Below, one piece after another: positions 11,398 to 25,149 of a DNA stretch of 64,000 nucleotides. This DNA is from Felis catus. Lineage: Eukaryota. The translations under genes and the position numbers were made by a program. Location of the stretch: contig NC_058377.1 of the NCBI RefSeq assembly GCF_018350175.1, positions 61,938,001 through 62,002,000 on the forward strand, read 5' to 3'. Positions within the stretch are counted from its first letter, which is position 1. Each line of letters opens with the position of its first letter. The notes under the pieces are model-generated. The model was not told the origin of the DNA, did not search any database, and saw only the letters and a list, made by a program, of their open reading frames with translations.

Positions 11398-13603
11398 AAT
11401 CTTTTCTGGTCATGTCTACAGCCCTGGGAATGTGCAGAGCCCTAACTTGCACATGGCCTTGTATATCTAAGGGATATGTCAAAAATATTCAAAGTTCTTA
11501 TAAAGATCTCATTCTTCAGCTTTTCCTTTCTGGCTTTTTACTTAATTTATTACTCTCCCCAATTGTTATCCACTATCACAGGCAGCTGCAAAGTTAACTG
11601 ATTGCCTGTAATTGGTTTTAACAAATGCCCACAGGGAAAAAGGATATTTCTATTAGGAGAGCTATAGATCAGATCAAATAGAGACAGCCTTGCAAGAGTG
11701 GTCTTTACAGGAAGTATCAAATAGGTCAAATAATTACAAGTTTCTAAAGGACATTTTGAAAGAAGTCCAGCCCCAGTCTGCCATCTACTGATGCCACCAG
11801 GCTACTGGTTTTCACTCTGCACACGGGTTGACAATCTTTAAGACTTCTATAGAGCTGGAGAGTGAGGAAATGGGATTAGAACAAATCAAAATGACACAAA
11901 GCCACAAATCTTACAAAAATTCAACTATTTTTCCTAAATACAATCTCCCTGCATAGATGCAAACCTTGGTTTAATGTCTAGAATTCCAAACAGGTTTGAT
12001 TTAGACTATCATTTTTCTCATTTTCTCATTGTTTCAATGGAAGAGGAAAATTTCCGAGGTTGTTACTTGGCCATTTTCACAGATGTCACTGCAGTACTCC
12101 GTATTATTTCTTTGCTTGAAGACATGAGAGCCAAGAAATCCATTAGGGTAAAAGGGAGGAAGTATGTTATATATGAGAAAATGGTTTTTAGATCAGACTT
12201 GTTATGAATACCAGGCCAGTCACTTTTCAGTTAGATCATGTTATCTAAACCATGATTGAAACTTTAGTTTCCTCATCCTTAGCAAGAGGTATCTTACAAA
12301 CCTCCTTGTTGTGCAGTTGTGAGTATCATATGGATTATTTACTTAGGTTGCAAGATGGCAGGAGAGCAACAGATGTTATTTCCCTCACCAGCATCTACCC
12401 TCCTTTGGGGACAATCATAGGACAGACACGGTAGAAACCAAAGAACTTGTCTCCTGTCAGTTGTGGATGTTCTCAGGCAGGAATGCTGGGCTGAGAAGAG
12501 AACTTCTGATGTCACAGAGGAAGGACTTCCTGTCACTTTTCTCCTAAGAGCACTGTCATTCTCAGCCCTGGGTTAAAATCCTCCACTTCTCTTTGACTAT
12601 TATTACTCTCATCCCCGTGTCCATTTAGTTTTCACATTTAATAGCCTTTCTACAAACATTCCTGCCCATTCATTTATACCATATCTGCCTGAGTAGAGAC
12701 TTTCACCATCTGAATTATTACCAAAGCAATCTCTTAATTTTTCCCTGTACCAGCTCCACCAGAATGCATCAATGATTCCCTTGGCCTACATAGTGCTCAC
12801 TCTAAAATCCAAACACTCCTGGTGAGGTTCCTTAAAATATACACATTATCTTTTGTTTAAAACTTGGGAAATGATGCCGGCATGTATCATCCTTTGGGAA
12901 TTGGTCTTAACTCATCTCTCTACTTCTATCCATTGATTTTGGCTAAAATAATTAAACTTTTTCCCTTTCGTGGGCAGCAAAAAGAGAAGTGTGTATATTA
13001 AAGCCTGGTGCAAGTCAGGGTACCAGGAGCTGCTCAAGGACATGCTTATTTTCCATCAGATTCCTTCATATCTTCTCTCCTACTTCTCATTCACTCCCAT
13101 GGGTAATACTTTAGTAATATCATGCCATAAAACTGTGCTTCCACTGCCACCACTGACCTCACCATCACTATATGTGCTGGATTCTCACTTGAGAGGTTGA
13201 TACAGTTGACTGTTCCTTATTTCTTGACTCTTTCTCTTTTCCTGGATTAGGTAGAGCCACATTTCCCTGGTCCTAGGCTGATTTCCATGTTCACCTCTCT
13301 TCAGTTTCCTTTACAAATGATTCTTCAATTTTTTTCCCTAAATACTGACATTCTGCACAGCTTTTTTCCTAAACCTGCTCTAGTTTTAACTCTGTATTTT
13401 TGCTGAGTGATCTTAGAAATATCAGATTTCTAATCTATATCTTTAGTTATGATTTATAATATTTCCAACTAATAGTTTGGCATCTATAGTTAGTTGGTTG
13501 GTGCATAGAATTGGAAAGTCAACATGTGCCAAATATGAATGCAAACCCGTTCTTGATAGTTTCCTTTTCTCAATAAATGACATGATTTTTTTTTGTTCTG
13601 AAC

Positions 13604-14238
13604 TGCATTACCTAGGCTTTTCTNNNNNNNNNNNNNNNNNNNNNNNNNNNNNNNNNNNNNNNNNNNNNNNNNNNNNNNNNNNNNNNNNNNNNNNNNNNNN
13701 NNNNNNNNNNNNNNNNNNNNNNNNNNNNNNNNNNNNNNNNNNNNNNNNNNNNNNNNNNNNNNNNNNNNNNNNNNNNNNNNNNNNNNNNNNNAAGGAATTG
13801 ACTCATTTTCATGTAATTATGGAGGTTGAAAAGCCCCATGATTTGTCATGTGCAAATGGAAACCCAGAGAGCTTGGTGATGTAATGCTGTCTAAATCTGA
13901 AGGCCTGCAAACAAGAGCAGCTGATGGTAGAGACCCTAGTCCACATCTGAGGGCAGGAGAATCAGGAGCACCAAGGACCCAAGAAGATGATGTCCTAACT
14001 GAAGCAAACAGATAAGAAGCTCTTGAGTTTTTTTCCTCCAACTTTTTGCTCATTCAGGCCTTCATTGGATTGGGTGATGCTCATAGCTGTTGACAATGGC
14101 AACTTGCTTTATTGAGTCCACAATTCAAACACTAATTTCATCCAGAAACACTCTTACAAACACACCTAGAAAACTGTTTAACCAACTATCCAGGCACCAT
14201 GGGAACCAGTCAGGTGACACATAAAATTAACTATCACA
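13604..14238 (-). mobile_element. MLT2 (ERVL) solo LTR in I1
   Basis: Ends in CACATAAAATTAACTATCACA, the reverse complement of the MLT2 start TGTGATGGTTAATTTTATGTG; spans N run 13624-13790. Confidence 0.8.
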
Positions 14239-14519
14239 CAGACTAAAGGAAAAACCCAGGTGTCATTCTGCACATATCTTTCTCATTCATTTCCCATACC
14301 CATGCCAGTAGTCACCAAACTCTAAACATTCTACACCCTCGGTATAAGGCAAACAGCAATTCCCAAGGTGCAGTGAATGTTTGAGATGACACCTAATGGG
14401 GGAAAATAGAGGAAATTAACCAGAGCAAGCAGAATGATTGCTAGACAAAGCTAAGATTTGAGGCCAGGGATATTCATTGTGTTAATTTGTGGATATTTAT
14501 GATTTTTGACCATGGTATT

Positions 14520-14925
14520 TACTATGTACTGATTGTATGACACCAAAACAAAAACAAAAACAAAAGCTCTCATATGTTGAGGTCTAACCCCCAATGTAAC
14601 TGTGTTGGAAGTTAGCATTTAGAGGGGTAATTAAAGTTAAATGAGATTATGAAGTTCAGGCTCTAGGATGATAGGATTAGTGTCCTTCTAAGAAAGGCAC
14701 CAGAGAACCGCCCCCTCCCACCACCTCTCTGCTTATGCTCAGAGAAAAGGTGAAGTGAAGGCAGAGTGCTGTCTGCAAGCCAGGAAGACTCTTCACCAGA
14801 AATTGAACCCTACCAGACCTTTCTCTTGGACTTTCTAGACTCCAGAACAGTGGGAAAATAAATTGCCATGTTTGAACCATCCAGGCTATGGCACTCTGTC
14901 ACGGCAGCCCCAGAAGATTACTACA
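14520..14925 (+). mobile_element. MLT1A-type MaLR solo LTR in I1
   Basis: CATATGTTGA...CTAACCCCCAATGT...CTTGGACTT...CCAGAAC...GGCAGCCC...TACA. Confidence 0.8.
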
Positions 14926-15119
14926 GTGTTCCCCAGTATGAAAAATAGAAGCAGAGGGGCTGCGTGGTGAGATTTATCCACGTTAGGAGCCAGAGAGCTA
15001 CTCTGAAGGAAGGACAAATCCTCCCCTGCCAGACAAACAATCTATGGTGGAAAGAGATTAGTTTTTGTCATTCTTGTGTTAGGATTATGATTATATAGTT
15101 ATAAAAATTCTGTGATCTC

Positions 15120-15303
15120 AAGGGTGCAGGGAGATCAGTCGAATAAGCGTCCGACTTCAGCTCAGGTCATGATCTCAAGGTTCATGAGTTCTAGCCTTGC
15201 ATCAGGCTCTGTGCTGACAGTGTGGAGCCTGCTTGGGATTATCTTTCCCTCTCTCAGCCCCACCTTCACTCTCTCACTCTCTCTCAAAAATAAATAATCT
15301 TTA
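15120..15303 (+). mobile_element. Can-SINE specific to I1
   Basis: Degenerate TSD around AAAATTCTGTGATCT; site is empty at ~27595. Confidence 0.85.
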
Positions 15304-16745
15304 AAGAATTTCAGTGATCTTAGAAGTCATTTATACTTTAAGCCTAATTTTCTCATCTAGTCCACTGTCTCATCTAGGCAATAAGCAAAGGGACACTTAA
15401 TTCTCCATTTAGAGCAAGTCTCCTCTATGAGTCATTATATCACTGTATGACTTGCTGAAGGCTTGCTTTCGCTTCTTATACATATTTAAAAGCAACAATG
15501 GCTTTGGAGCAGAATATTTTGGCAGTGTTTGCATGTTCTGAATATAAATATATTATTAAGGAAATATGGCAGTGGGAGTGGTTTTGTCTCTTTCTTCCCC
15601 GATCCAAATTTAAATGTGTCAAAGTTCTTAATGGAGAGTTAGATGATAGAAAAGGAAAGAAAGATTCAAATACCAAAGATCTCTTTCTTCACATGTTTCA
15701 CTTCAGAACATTTTTGCAATTGTGACTGAATGGCTATCATTAGATTATATTGTTAACTAGAAAGAAAAATATAATCCCATATAGGTGAATTGTGACATTT
15801 AGAACTTGTATATATAATTGACATGTTTTTATGGCCTACAATATTTTTAAAAAATCACGGAAGACTTTAAACATGAAAAAGTCATGTCACATGTATGTAT
15901 TTGTTTGGTTTGAGAAGACATGAATTAGAAAAGTTATGCTTCGTTCAAATAAACACCATTTTTATGAGTTTTATGAAATATTTTGAGTTATATACAATCC
16001 AAAAATGATGTAATCTATTGAAATGTTTCCTGTTTTCTTAGTGATATACATTTCTCTTACATTTAATAATAATTAAAAACTTATTGTAAGATATAGCAAA
16101 ACAAGTGGATTTATTTTTATTTTCATATGATTTATATGTACTCAAGCTCCCAGTGTCATACAGGTTAAAACACATGCGTACACACATACGAATCACAGGG
16201 TTTTTGTATTAATTGCTAAGCCATTGTCTCTCAGCTTCAAACCCTTCTGTGCTCTGCTTGGGGATGCCTAGGCTGGGACCACACTTTGCCTCCACCTGCT
16301 GGCTGGCTGTTAGAATCTGCCCTGAGAAGTCAGTAGAGGCCGATTAGAGAGCTCGGGCAGGGCTAGGGGATTTGTCTATACTATGCACACTCTGTTGCTG
16401 TTAGTGTCACTCTAGCATCCGCTGTTTTCCTTGGCTGTACCAGTTGATTCTTATAGAAACAGTAGGTTCCCAGTGACATTTTAAAATTGCCCCTTACTTT
16501 GAACCAACCTCATCATGTCCCTCATGTATACCAGCGCTGCCTGGCTGGAATCCCTCCTCAGAATCCTATTATCAGTGCACCCTCTTTTGCCAGAACCTCC
16601 TCTTTTAGGACCATTGCTGATTACAGCTGTTACTCTCAATTATAGCTTGATTGCCATTACACAGAAACAAAACTCCTTCCATCACAGCTAATTAACTTAC
16701 ATAACCACGGGTTCCAAGATTTTACTTTTAAAAATAAAATTAATA

Positions 16746-16970
16746 GGCGCCTGAGAGGCTCAGTCAGTTAAGCATCCAACTTCCCCAGGTCATGATCTCG
16801 TGGTTCATGAGCCCGAGCCCCAGGTCGGGCTCTGTGCTGACAGCTCAGAGCCTAGAACCTGCTTCTGATTCTGTGTCTCTTTCTTTCTCGGCCCCTCCCC
16901 TACTCACTCTCTTTCTCTCTCTCTCTCTCTCTCAAAAATATAAATAAAACATTAAAAAAAATCAAAATCA
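16746..16970 (+). mobile_element. Can-SINE specific to I1
   Basis: SINE head, (CT)n tract and A tail; site is empty at ~29480 and ~42600. Confidence 0.9.
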
Positions 16971-18250
16971 AAATCAAATTAAGAATAACTAAGCATGAAC
17001 CCCACTTCATTGAATCAATATTGACTTGTGAATACATGAGGTGATTTGGAAGAAAGTAAAAGCTCCATCCACCTCATTAAGGAATATTTCCAAAACAAAG
17101 TAGCCCTATGATTATTATTCAGAAATTTTAAAGATTATCATATTGCTTTTATTAATGTATTTTATAATCATTGTTATAATAAAACATTTTAACATTTGGA
17201 GACTGGTGTACAGGAAATAAAGCAATTGCTTATTCTTTGACAAGAATAGAAGAGTTATCATAACGACATTCAAGCAAAAAAATACATGTGGGAAAATGGA
17301 GTTACTTCAAACAGAAAAAGCATAATGTCAAATTTCTGACAGCTAAGAAAAACTTGCTCAAATACTTTTAAATGGATAGTGGTGAATTACAAATTTCAAG
17401 GGCATACAGTGTCCATAGGATGAATTAAATATTATCTATGGGAATTTAATTTTTAAGGGCAAAGTTCACAATATACCAGAAATTGCATTCTTTTCTACTC
17501 TTTAAACTTTAAATGATAATTCTTATAGTCAAGTTAAAGTTATAGAAGGTAATATCATGTTTTGAATATTCTTTTAGGAAATCTCCATATGAAATGTTTG
17601 AAGACCTCTAGATTGAAATAATTCAGAGGAGATAGATCTGTTACAAGGGGAGAGAGGCGAGTATTTTTAGACATGGGAGAAAAATGAACTATCCTGGAAA
17701 GGGCTTTGACAGAGGGAATCCTTGGTGCAGAGACCAGAGAGACGGTTGGAGTTAGGGAGCTGAGAGGATCTACCTAGAGCACTGATGTCATTTCCTACCA
17801 GGCCTGGCTTCATGGCAAACGAGCAGGACAGTTACATGGTGCCCATGCTCAGAAGGGCCTTGTGCTTTTCTCAAAGCTCTGCTGTCGTCATAATGAAATT
17901 CTTGGTAATTTGATCTTTGAACTTGTGTTTTGTAAATGAAGCCTACAATACAATCATGTATGCATGTTTCACCACCATTATTTGCTGCCGATAAGCATAG
18001 AATTATGGTGGATTCACATTGAAAGTGAGTTCCAGGAGGCATAGAAATAAAGAGAAAAGAAGAAAGCAAGGTGACAAGGAGAGAAAAGAGATACAGAGAG
18101 ACAAGAGGGGGGATAAAACATCAAAGTATACCAGACATTTCATTTCTATTTCTTGACAAAGTCGTCAAGGAAGATTCTCCTTATTTCTTTCTCATTTTTT
18201 CACCACCCCCTTTCTTGTTCTCTTTTTCAAAGTGTGTTTCATGGACCAAG

Positions 18251-18399
18251 TCCCTGGAGGTCGCCACTTTGCTTTACACTCCTGAGCATCACAGACAGAG
18301 TCAATAAATAAGCTCACTTATCAAGCCCGTTGACCAGAGGAGGCTGGGCCATAGAGCTGAGCTGAAGACATTCACTGAGCCCAGAAAACTCAGGTGAGA
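18251..18399 (+). promoter_or_regulatory. Putative promoter and non-coding first exon of OR copy B
   Basis: O/E(EBF)-like TCCCTGGAG at 18251-18259, TATA-like AATAAATAA at 18303-18311, donor CAG|GTGAGA at 18394. Near-identical in copies C and D. Confidence 0.5.
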
Positions 18400-19834
18400 G
18401 AAAAGATCAGCTATTTCAACCCAGATTACACATTCAGCCCCCTCTGCTCCCTCATCCCACACCCACCCAAACCTGCACAGAAACACAACTTTCTCCTCCT
18501 TCAGTCACACTGTGGATTCAGATACACACCTCTGGCACAAGCTGTCACTGGACCACCCTCTGTCCACACAGCCTCACACTCAAGACATCTCCAGCACAGC
18601 TCCAATCTCAGCATGTCCCACCTGCAAGTGTGTGTCTACCACACAGGTATGGTCTTGAAATCAGATTCTAACAACTGTGTTCAATGAAAGAATACAGACT
18701 GAGGTCTAGGTAAGACAAGGGACACACAAGGACACACTCTAGGACAATTTTGGGAAGACACCCCCATTGTGCACTAGAGTGACACTCTCTCAATATCCTT
18801 CTCCCATTACTTCCCCGGGGGAAAAAAGTCCAATTCTGATTTTACCATAGTTTTTCCTCACCACATCTCAGAATGTCTAGAGTACTAGTATCGTATCATA
18901 ACCACATGAAATCTTCCTTAAGGAACAAGAATAGGCTGGGAAGAGAGGGGAGATAAGATGGTGGTGATTCCAGCTCTCTTCCCTCCACCATCCAAGCCTC
19001 TCTCCCTTAGTGTTAAGGCTCATGTCAAGGCTGAGAAAATCCATTGGTGTCATCAGTGAAAGAGTCTGTGCAAAAAGGAGGGGCTCCCTAGTTCTCCTCA
19101 TCTCTTTGATATTCATTAATGCATCAAATGACTGCAGCCTTATGAATTGTTATTAGACAAAGTGCCTTGTTTGAAAGAGATAGGAATTCAGATATTGGTC
19201 AGATTCATGAACACTTGGGTGAAGTAAAACTTGAAACTCTGAATCAGCACATATAAATCAGGCGCCTCATTTCAGTTGTGCTTCATTTGTGCTTCGGTTG
19301 TGCTAATGACTTAACACCCTTTGTGATGTGGATGACATCAGTTTACTTCTCTGGACCTTGTCTTCACATTGATTAGGGGTGCAAATGATGACTGTATTTT
19401 TTCCAGAAGGTTTTTCAGAAATAAAGAAGTGCAAAGAATGGAGCGATTGTTTGGGGTGTCTAATTTTTTTAATCTCGTGAACATTATGTTTGCTCAACCA
19501 GAAACTTTGTGAAGATACTAAACCACGATGTCATTTCAAATTTATAGATGGAAAAAAAAGAGGGCGCAAATCAGTTATGGGATTGTTCCAGGGCCATAAA
19601 ATGAGCAGATAGATGAGAGAGGATGACTATAGAGTCACTAATTTTTCCAAATTAAGACTGGCCAAAGAATTGGAAGATTTGTTCAAAATCACAAATCAAT
19701 TTTATTAGAGAATCAGAACTAAAATTCAAATTTCTCAGAATCCTGTACAGATTTCTTTTTAGTAGACCATATATTTACTAGGGAGAACATTTGAAAATAC
19801 TGTCTAGACTTCTACAACAAAAACAAATTCCCCT

Positions 19835-20057
19835 GGGGTGCCTGGGTGGCTCAGTTGGTTAAGCGTCCAACTCTTGATTTTCTCTCAGGTCATGATCCTA
19901 GGGTAGTGGGATGGAGCCCTGTATCAGGCTCTGTGCTGAGCATGGAGACTGCTTAAGATTCTCTCCCTCTGCCTCTCTCCGTCTGCCCCTCTCCCCCGCT
20001 TGCTGTCTCTCTCTTGCACTCTCTCTCTCTAATGAAAAAACAACAACAACAACAATG
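19835..20057 (+). mobile_element. Can-SINE (older subfamily) in the predicted intron of copy B
   Basis: GGGGTGCCTGGGTGGCTCAG head; degenerate TSD (ACAAAAACAAATTCC / ACAAACAAATTTCC); site is empty at ~34400 and ~45470. Confidence 0.9.
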
Positions 20058-21152
20058 ACAAACAAATTTCCTTTTCAAAATGTCTTCATTGTGAGCAACA
20101 ATAGGACACTCAATTTCCTCCCGAGATCTGCCTGTCAGCACTTGGTATTCTGACCTAACCTCAGTATCCAGCCATCACACTGGGAGGCATGCAGGACCTC
20201 AGGCTGGCTTTGCCATAGTAGAGAGTGCTGTCTCTCAGCTAGAATGTCTCATGTATGTCTTGCTTTCTTCTACTATATCCTGATGAATTCTCAAATCATT
20301 GTACATATGTAAGTATATTCAGTTAGCCTAATCTCTTTCTAGGCATTAATGGTGAGATAGAAACTATAGTTATGTGGTGTATATCAATGTAGACACATTA
20401 TATATCAATGTAGACACATTGGACAGAAAATAAACTGGATGAACTATTATATCCTAAGTCCAAAAGCCAATGTTATGTTACATTGGCTTTCATGAACATT
20501 GAGTCTTTAGTGAACACTGATCAAAATGTCTAGGTCCATACATGGGCATAGTCAGTGTGGAGGTCGCAATTGCATAAAGACATAGTCTCAGCCAACGGGA
20601 TTTTGTAAAGTAGTAGAAGGATGAAAACACAAACAAACAAAACAAAACAAAAAACTTAAGGGCCAGAAGAAAGGGAGGGCTTCTAGGAGGCAGAAAATTT
20701 TTCACTGAAGCTTAGCAAAAAGAGAAGGGGGGAAATAAAACCAAAGACTCCATGAGCATGGAAAAGGCATAAATGAAAGAGGCAAGGAGCAATTGTTAAT
20801 GTGAGTTGACCAAAGTAATAAAGGATGGATAGGATGTGTAGGAGATATGTCATAATGTATCAGATTGGAAAGATGCTTAAATAGTTAGGTTGGTGGTTGG
20901 AATATAGACCTCAAAACATGATTGATGAGCACAGATATTAGCAAACAGAAAAAAACAAAACAAAACAGCAGACTATATGTGATAGAGTCTTTCAATATTC
21001 TTGAATAAGATAATAACAATAAATATTTTTCTCAACATAAAAAAAAATTATTTCACAGAAAGGTCATCATTTTATGTGAATGACACAACCACCTGATGTT
21101 ACAGGGAAAGCATTCCATCATCCCTGGATAAGGGCTTTTATTTCCAAGCAGA

Positions 21153-22109
21153 ATGCCTGCTTTCAACATCAGTGATGACAGTCTCCCAAGCACACTCATC
21201 CTGACGGGCATCCCAGGGCTGGAGTGGGCCCACGTCTGGATCGCCATCCCCTTCTGTGCCATGTATCTGGTAGCGCTGGCTGGGAATGCTGCCCTCATCC
21301 TGGTCATTGTGACAGACAGTGCTCTTCATGCACCCATGTACCTCTTCCTGTGCCTTCTCTCACTCACCGACCTGGCTCTCAGCTCCACCACGGTGCCCAA
21401 GATATTAGCCATTTTGTGGCTTCATGCTGGAGAGATTTCCTTTGGTGGATGCCTGGCCCAGATGTTTTGTGTCCATTCTATCTATGCTCTGGAGTCCTCA
21501 GTTCTTCTCGCCATGGCCTTTGATCGCTATGTAGCTATATGCAACCCACTGAGATATACAACTATTCTCAACCATACTGTCATAGGCAAAATTGGACTTG
21601 CCAGCATACTCCGTAGTATAGCCGTTGTCTCCCCATTCATCTTCCTGCTGAAGCGACTGCCTTACTGTGGTCACCATGTCATGGCCCACACATACTGTGA
21701 GCACATGGGCATCGCTCGCCTGGCCTGTGCCAACATCACTGTCAATATTGTCTATGGGCTGACTGTGGCCCTGTTGGCCGTGGGTCTGGATTCCATCCTC
21801 ATTGCCATTTCCTACGGCTTTATCCTCCATGCTGTCTTCCGCCTTCCATCTCAAGATGCCAGGCACAAGGCTCTGAGTACCTGTGGCTCCCACCTGGGGG
21901 TCATCCTGGTCTTCTACATCCCTGCCTTCTTCTCCTTCCTCACCCACCGCTTTGGCCAGCACCGAGTCCCCAAGAATGTGCACATTTTTCTGGCCAACCT
22001 GTACGTGCTGGTGCCTCCTGTGCTCAACCCGATCATCTATGGGGCTAGGACCAAGGAGATTCGGAGCCGACTTCTGAGGCTGCTTCACTTGAGGAGGGTC
22101 TCAGTATGA
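21153..22109 (+). CDS. OR52D1-like: Class I olfactory receptor, OR52D1-like, copy B (318 aa)
   Basis: Intact ORF with the same OR motifs; TTTATTTCCAAGCAG acceptor immediately before the ATG. Confidence 0.94.
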   Translation: MPAFNISDDSLPSTLILTGIPGLEWAHVWIAIPFCAMYLVALAGNAALILVIVTDSALHAPMYLFLCLLSLTDLALSSTTVPKILAILWLHAGEISFGGCLAQMFCVHSIYALESSVLLAMAFDRYVAICNPLRYTTILNHTVIGKIGLASILRSIAVVSPFIFLLKRLPYCGHHVMAHTYCEHMGIARLACANITVNIVYGLTVALLAVGLDSILIAISYGFILHAVFRLPSQDARHKALSTCGSHLGVILVFYIPAFFSFLTHRFGQHRVPKNVHIFLANLYVLVPPVLNPIIYGARTKEIRSRLLRLLHLRRVSV

Positions 22110-22514
22110 CTTCTGAGCGGCTGTTGGAAATGATAAAGAATGGTAAATGATACTTGGTAAAAGATAAAGTAAATGATAAAGGTAAAGGATGATTGTTTAG
22201 AACTTTAACATGGATGGAAGCCTGTGATGTGAGAGGCAGAGTGACATGGTAGGAAGCACTGGAAGAGAAATGGTCAGATAAATTGGATACATTGAATAAG
22301 ATGTTGAATGTGCCCCTTGATCAATTCTGAATTGCCCAGAATGAGATTAAATTTTTCTCTTGTCTCAGTAGGGACTAAAATTTGCCGAGAAGCAATGCTC
22401 CCCCAGTAGAAGTTCATACTATAGCTCACGGTAGAATTATTCTACTGGGAGGTGAAGTGATAAACAAAAACCAGAACATTTGAAATGAATATGAATTGAA
22501 CTCCAAACCTTTGA

Positions 22515-22760
22515 GCAATGATTAAGAGCACATGATCATAAGGACTATAATCAGAGGGGCTGGGTTTGACACTGAGTTACCCACTCACTAATTTTTGTGT
22601 TTTGAGCTATTGCGATATCCTTCTGTGCCTATTTAGGTCAACTATAAAGGGGATAATAATATCTAACTCCTGAGGTTGTGGTGAGGGTAAAATAAATTAG
22701 TGACTGAATGTATAAAACTTAGAATACTGTCTGAAGCATAAAATGCTCAATAAAGAAATG
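22515..22760 (+). mobile_element. MIR in the 3' flank of copy B
   Basis: Paralog of the 10040-10240 MIR; ends in CTCAATAAA. Confidence 0.7.
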
Positions 22761-23099
22761 TAAGATTTAAAAGTTATGTAACTTCTCAAAACATTATTTT
22801 AGTTTTAACTCATCTAAGAATAATTTTGTATTATCTCATCTGACATTATTTTTGTTATGATGTCATATAACTGCTGTATAAATGTAGACACTGCTTGGCA
22901 TATAATTAGCGCTCACTGAAACCATGTCTTCTCCCCTTTACTATCCACTCCTCTGATTGTGAGGTCCATCTTCTTTTAGCCACAAATTTATCCCTTATTA
23001 AGGATATACAGGAGTCCCAGAATGTTCAGAGGATGTTCAGAGTCCCAGTGCCTTTCTGCATAACCCTTGTTCATTTTAGTAACTAAATATATCTTTTAA

Positions 23100-24440
23100 A
23101 TGTATCATCCTTGAAGTTTGTTGTGATTCTGTTAATTAAAATTGTTCACCAGATTGGGAGAGTTTAACTGTTATTTCTTCAAATATTCCTTCTTTTTCTT
23201 TCTCTCTGTCCATTCTGCTCCTTTCATACGTTCATACATATATGTTAGCATTCTTGATGATGTCTCATAAGTCCCTGAACTTCTGCTGACTTCCCTTCCT
23301 TCTTTTTCTTTCAGTTACTCAGACTGAATAATCTCCATTGACCAATATTCATGTTAGGTCTGTCAAATGTACTGTTGAGCCTTAGGGTAAGTTTTTTTTA
23401 GTTTCAACTATAGTATTTTGTAACTCCAGACTTCACGTATGATTTTTAAAAAAATAGTTATTATCTCTCTACTGATATTATCACTATCACAAGTTCCTTT
23501 AGTTCATTGAGTATATTTAAAATAGCTGATTTAAAGCATGGTGTATTAAGTCCAATATTTTGGCTTCCCTGGGGACAGTTTCTCTTGTCATTTTTTCCTG
23601 TGTATGAGCCATTTGTTTCTTTTGATGACCCATAACCTGATGAAAACTAGACATTTTAAATAATATCATGCACAACACTGTGAATCACATTTTCCACTTT
23701 CCCTAGAATTTGTTTTTGTTGCTCTTTGTTGTTGTTATTGTGATTAGCATTTGCTTAGTGATTTTCTGAATTAATTTTGTAACATCAATTGTTTATTAGG
23801 TGTAGCGACTGATGTCTCTGCTGAGTTATTTCAGGGGTCAGCTAATAATTGGAAAGAGATTTCCTAACATACCTAGAAGCAGTAACTCTTTGTCTTTGCT
23901 CAGAAATCTATACGCATGATGGAGCACAAATCCAACACTTAGCCATTCACTATGGGCCTCTATGCCCATAGTGAGACTTGCTCGTGCACAGTCTCAAGGT
24001 GAGCCAGGGATGAGGTCTGACAGCTTTCTCAGATAGTCCTGGGCATGTGCAGAGCCCTGACATGCACATGGCCTTCTATACTTCAGGGATATGTCAAAAA
24101 TATTGAAAGCTCCTGTAAATATCTCATTCTTCAACTTTTCCTTTTTAGCTTTTTGGTTAATTTATTACTTTCCTGAAGTGTTACCCACTATCATAGGAAG
24201 CTGCAATGTTAACTGATTGCCTTTAATTATTTTTGACAATTATCCATATGAAAAAAAGGATGTTTGCATTAAGAGAGATAAGGACCAGATCAAATAGAGA
24301 CAGCCTTGCAAGAGTGGTCCTCACAGGAAGTATCAGACAGACCAAATAAGGACAATTTTCAGGAAAGATTTTGAAAGAAGTCCAGCTTCAATCTGCTCCC
24401 TCTAGATGTCACCAGGTTATTGGTTTTCACTGCGCACTCT
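23100..24440 (-). mobile_element. Ancient L1 5'/ORF1-region remnant (paralogs ~10540-11830 and ~37330-38870)
   Basis: Antisense L1M-type sequence (e.g. TTATTTCTTCAAATATT, GAAAACTAGACATTTTAAA); family not resolved. Confidence 0.45.
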
Positions 24441-25149
24441 GGTTGTTTTTTTTTAAGGGAATGGGAATTAAAGTATATTAGAATGACACAAAGCCACTGA
24501 TGTTACCCAAAATTCAATCATTTTTCCTAAATACAATCTCCCTAATAGATGTAAACCTTGCTTCAATGCCTAGAATTCTGAACAAGTTGATTCAGACCAT
24601 TTTTGCCCATTTTCTCATTGTTTCAATGTTAGAAGAAAATTTCCAAGGTCCTTACTCTGCCATTTTCATAGATGTCACCACCATTCTCCGTATTATTTCT
24701 TTGCTGGGGAAGACATGCAAGCCAAAAAAAAAAAAAAAAAACATTAGGGAAAAGGGAGGAAGTGGTTTTTGGATCAGACCTGTTATGAATACTAGGTCAG
24801 CCACTTATCAAGTAGATGATGGTATCTAAACAACGATTGAAACCTTAGTTTCCTCATCCTTAGGAAGAGAAATATCTTGCAAACCTCCTCATTGTGCAGT
24901 TGTGAGTATCTTATGGATTATTTACTTAGGTTTCAAGATGGCAGGAGTTAGATATTATTTTCCTTCACCATCATCTACTCCCTTTGTGGGACAATGATAG
25001 GACAGACAGGGTAGAGATTAGAGAACTTGTCTCCTGTCAGTTGTGGATGTTCTTAGGCAGAAATTCTGGACTGAGAAGGGAACTTCTGACTTCACAGATG
25101 GACAGGCAAATGTGCATATATCTTCCTGTCACTTTTCTCCTAGGGGCAC

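Larger units (their letters stand above)
9625..21152 (+). repeat. Tandem duplication interval I1 (A to B)
   Basis: Same ordered landmarks as I2/I3: MIR, old L1, L2, MLT2, MLT1A, unassigned repeat, Zaphod-like fragment, promoter. Confidence 0.93.

Noticed and set aside
18394-18687. Paralogous short ORFs at 7048, 18394, 32519/32583 and 44051
   Set aside because: They begin at or near the splice-donor GTG, and frames and stops are not conserved among copies.
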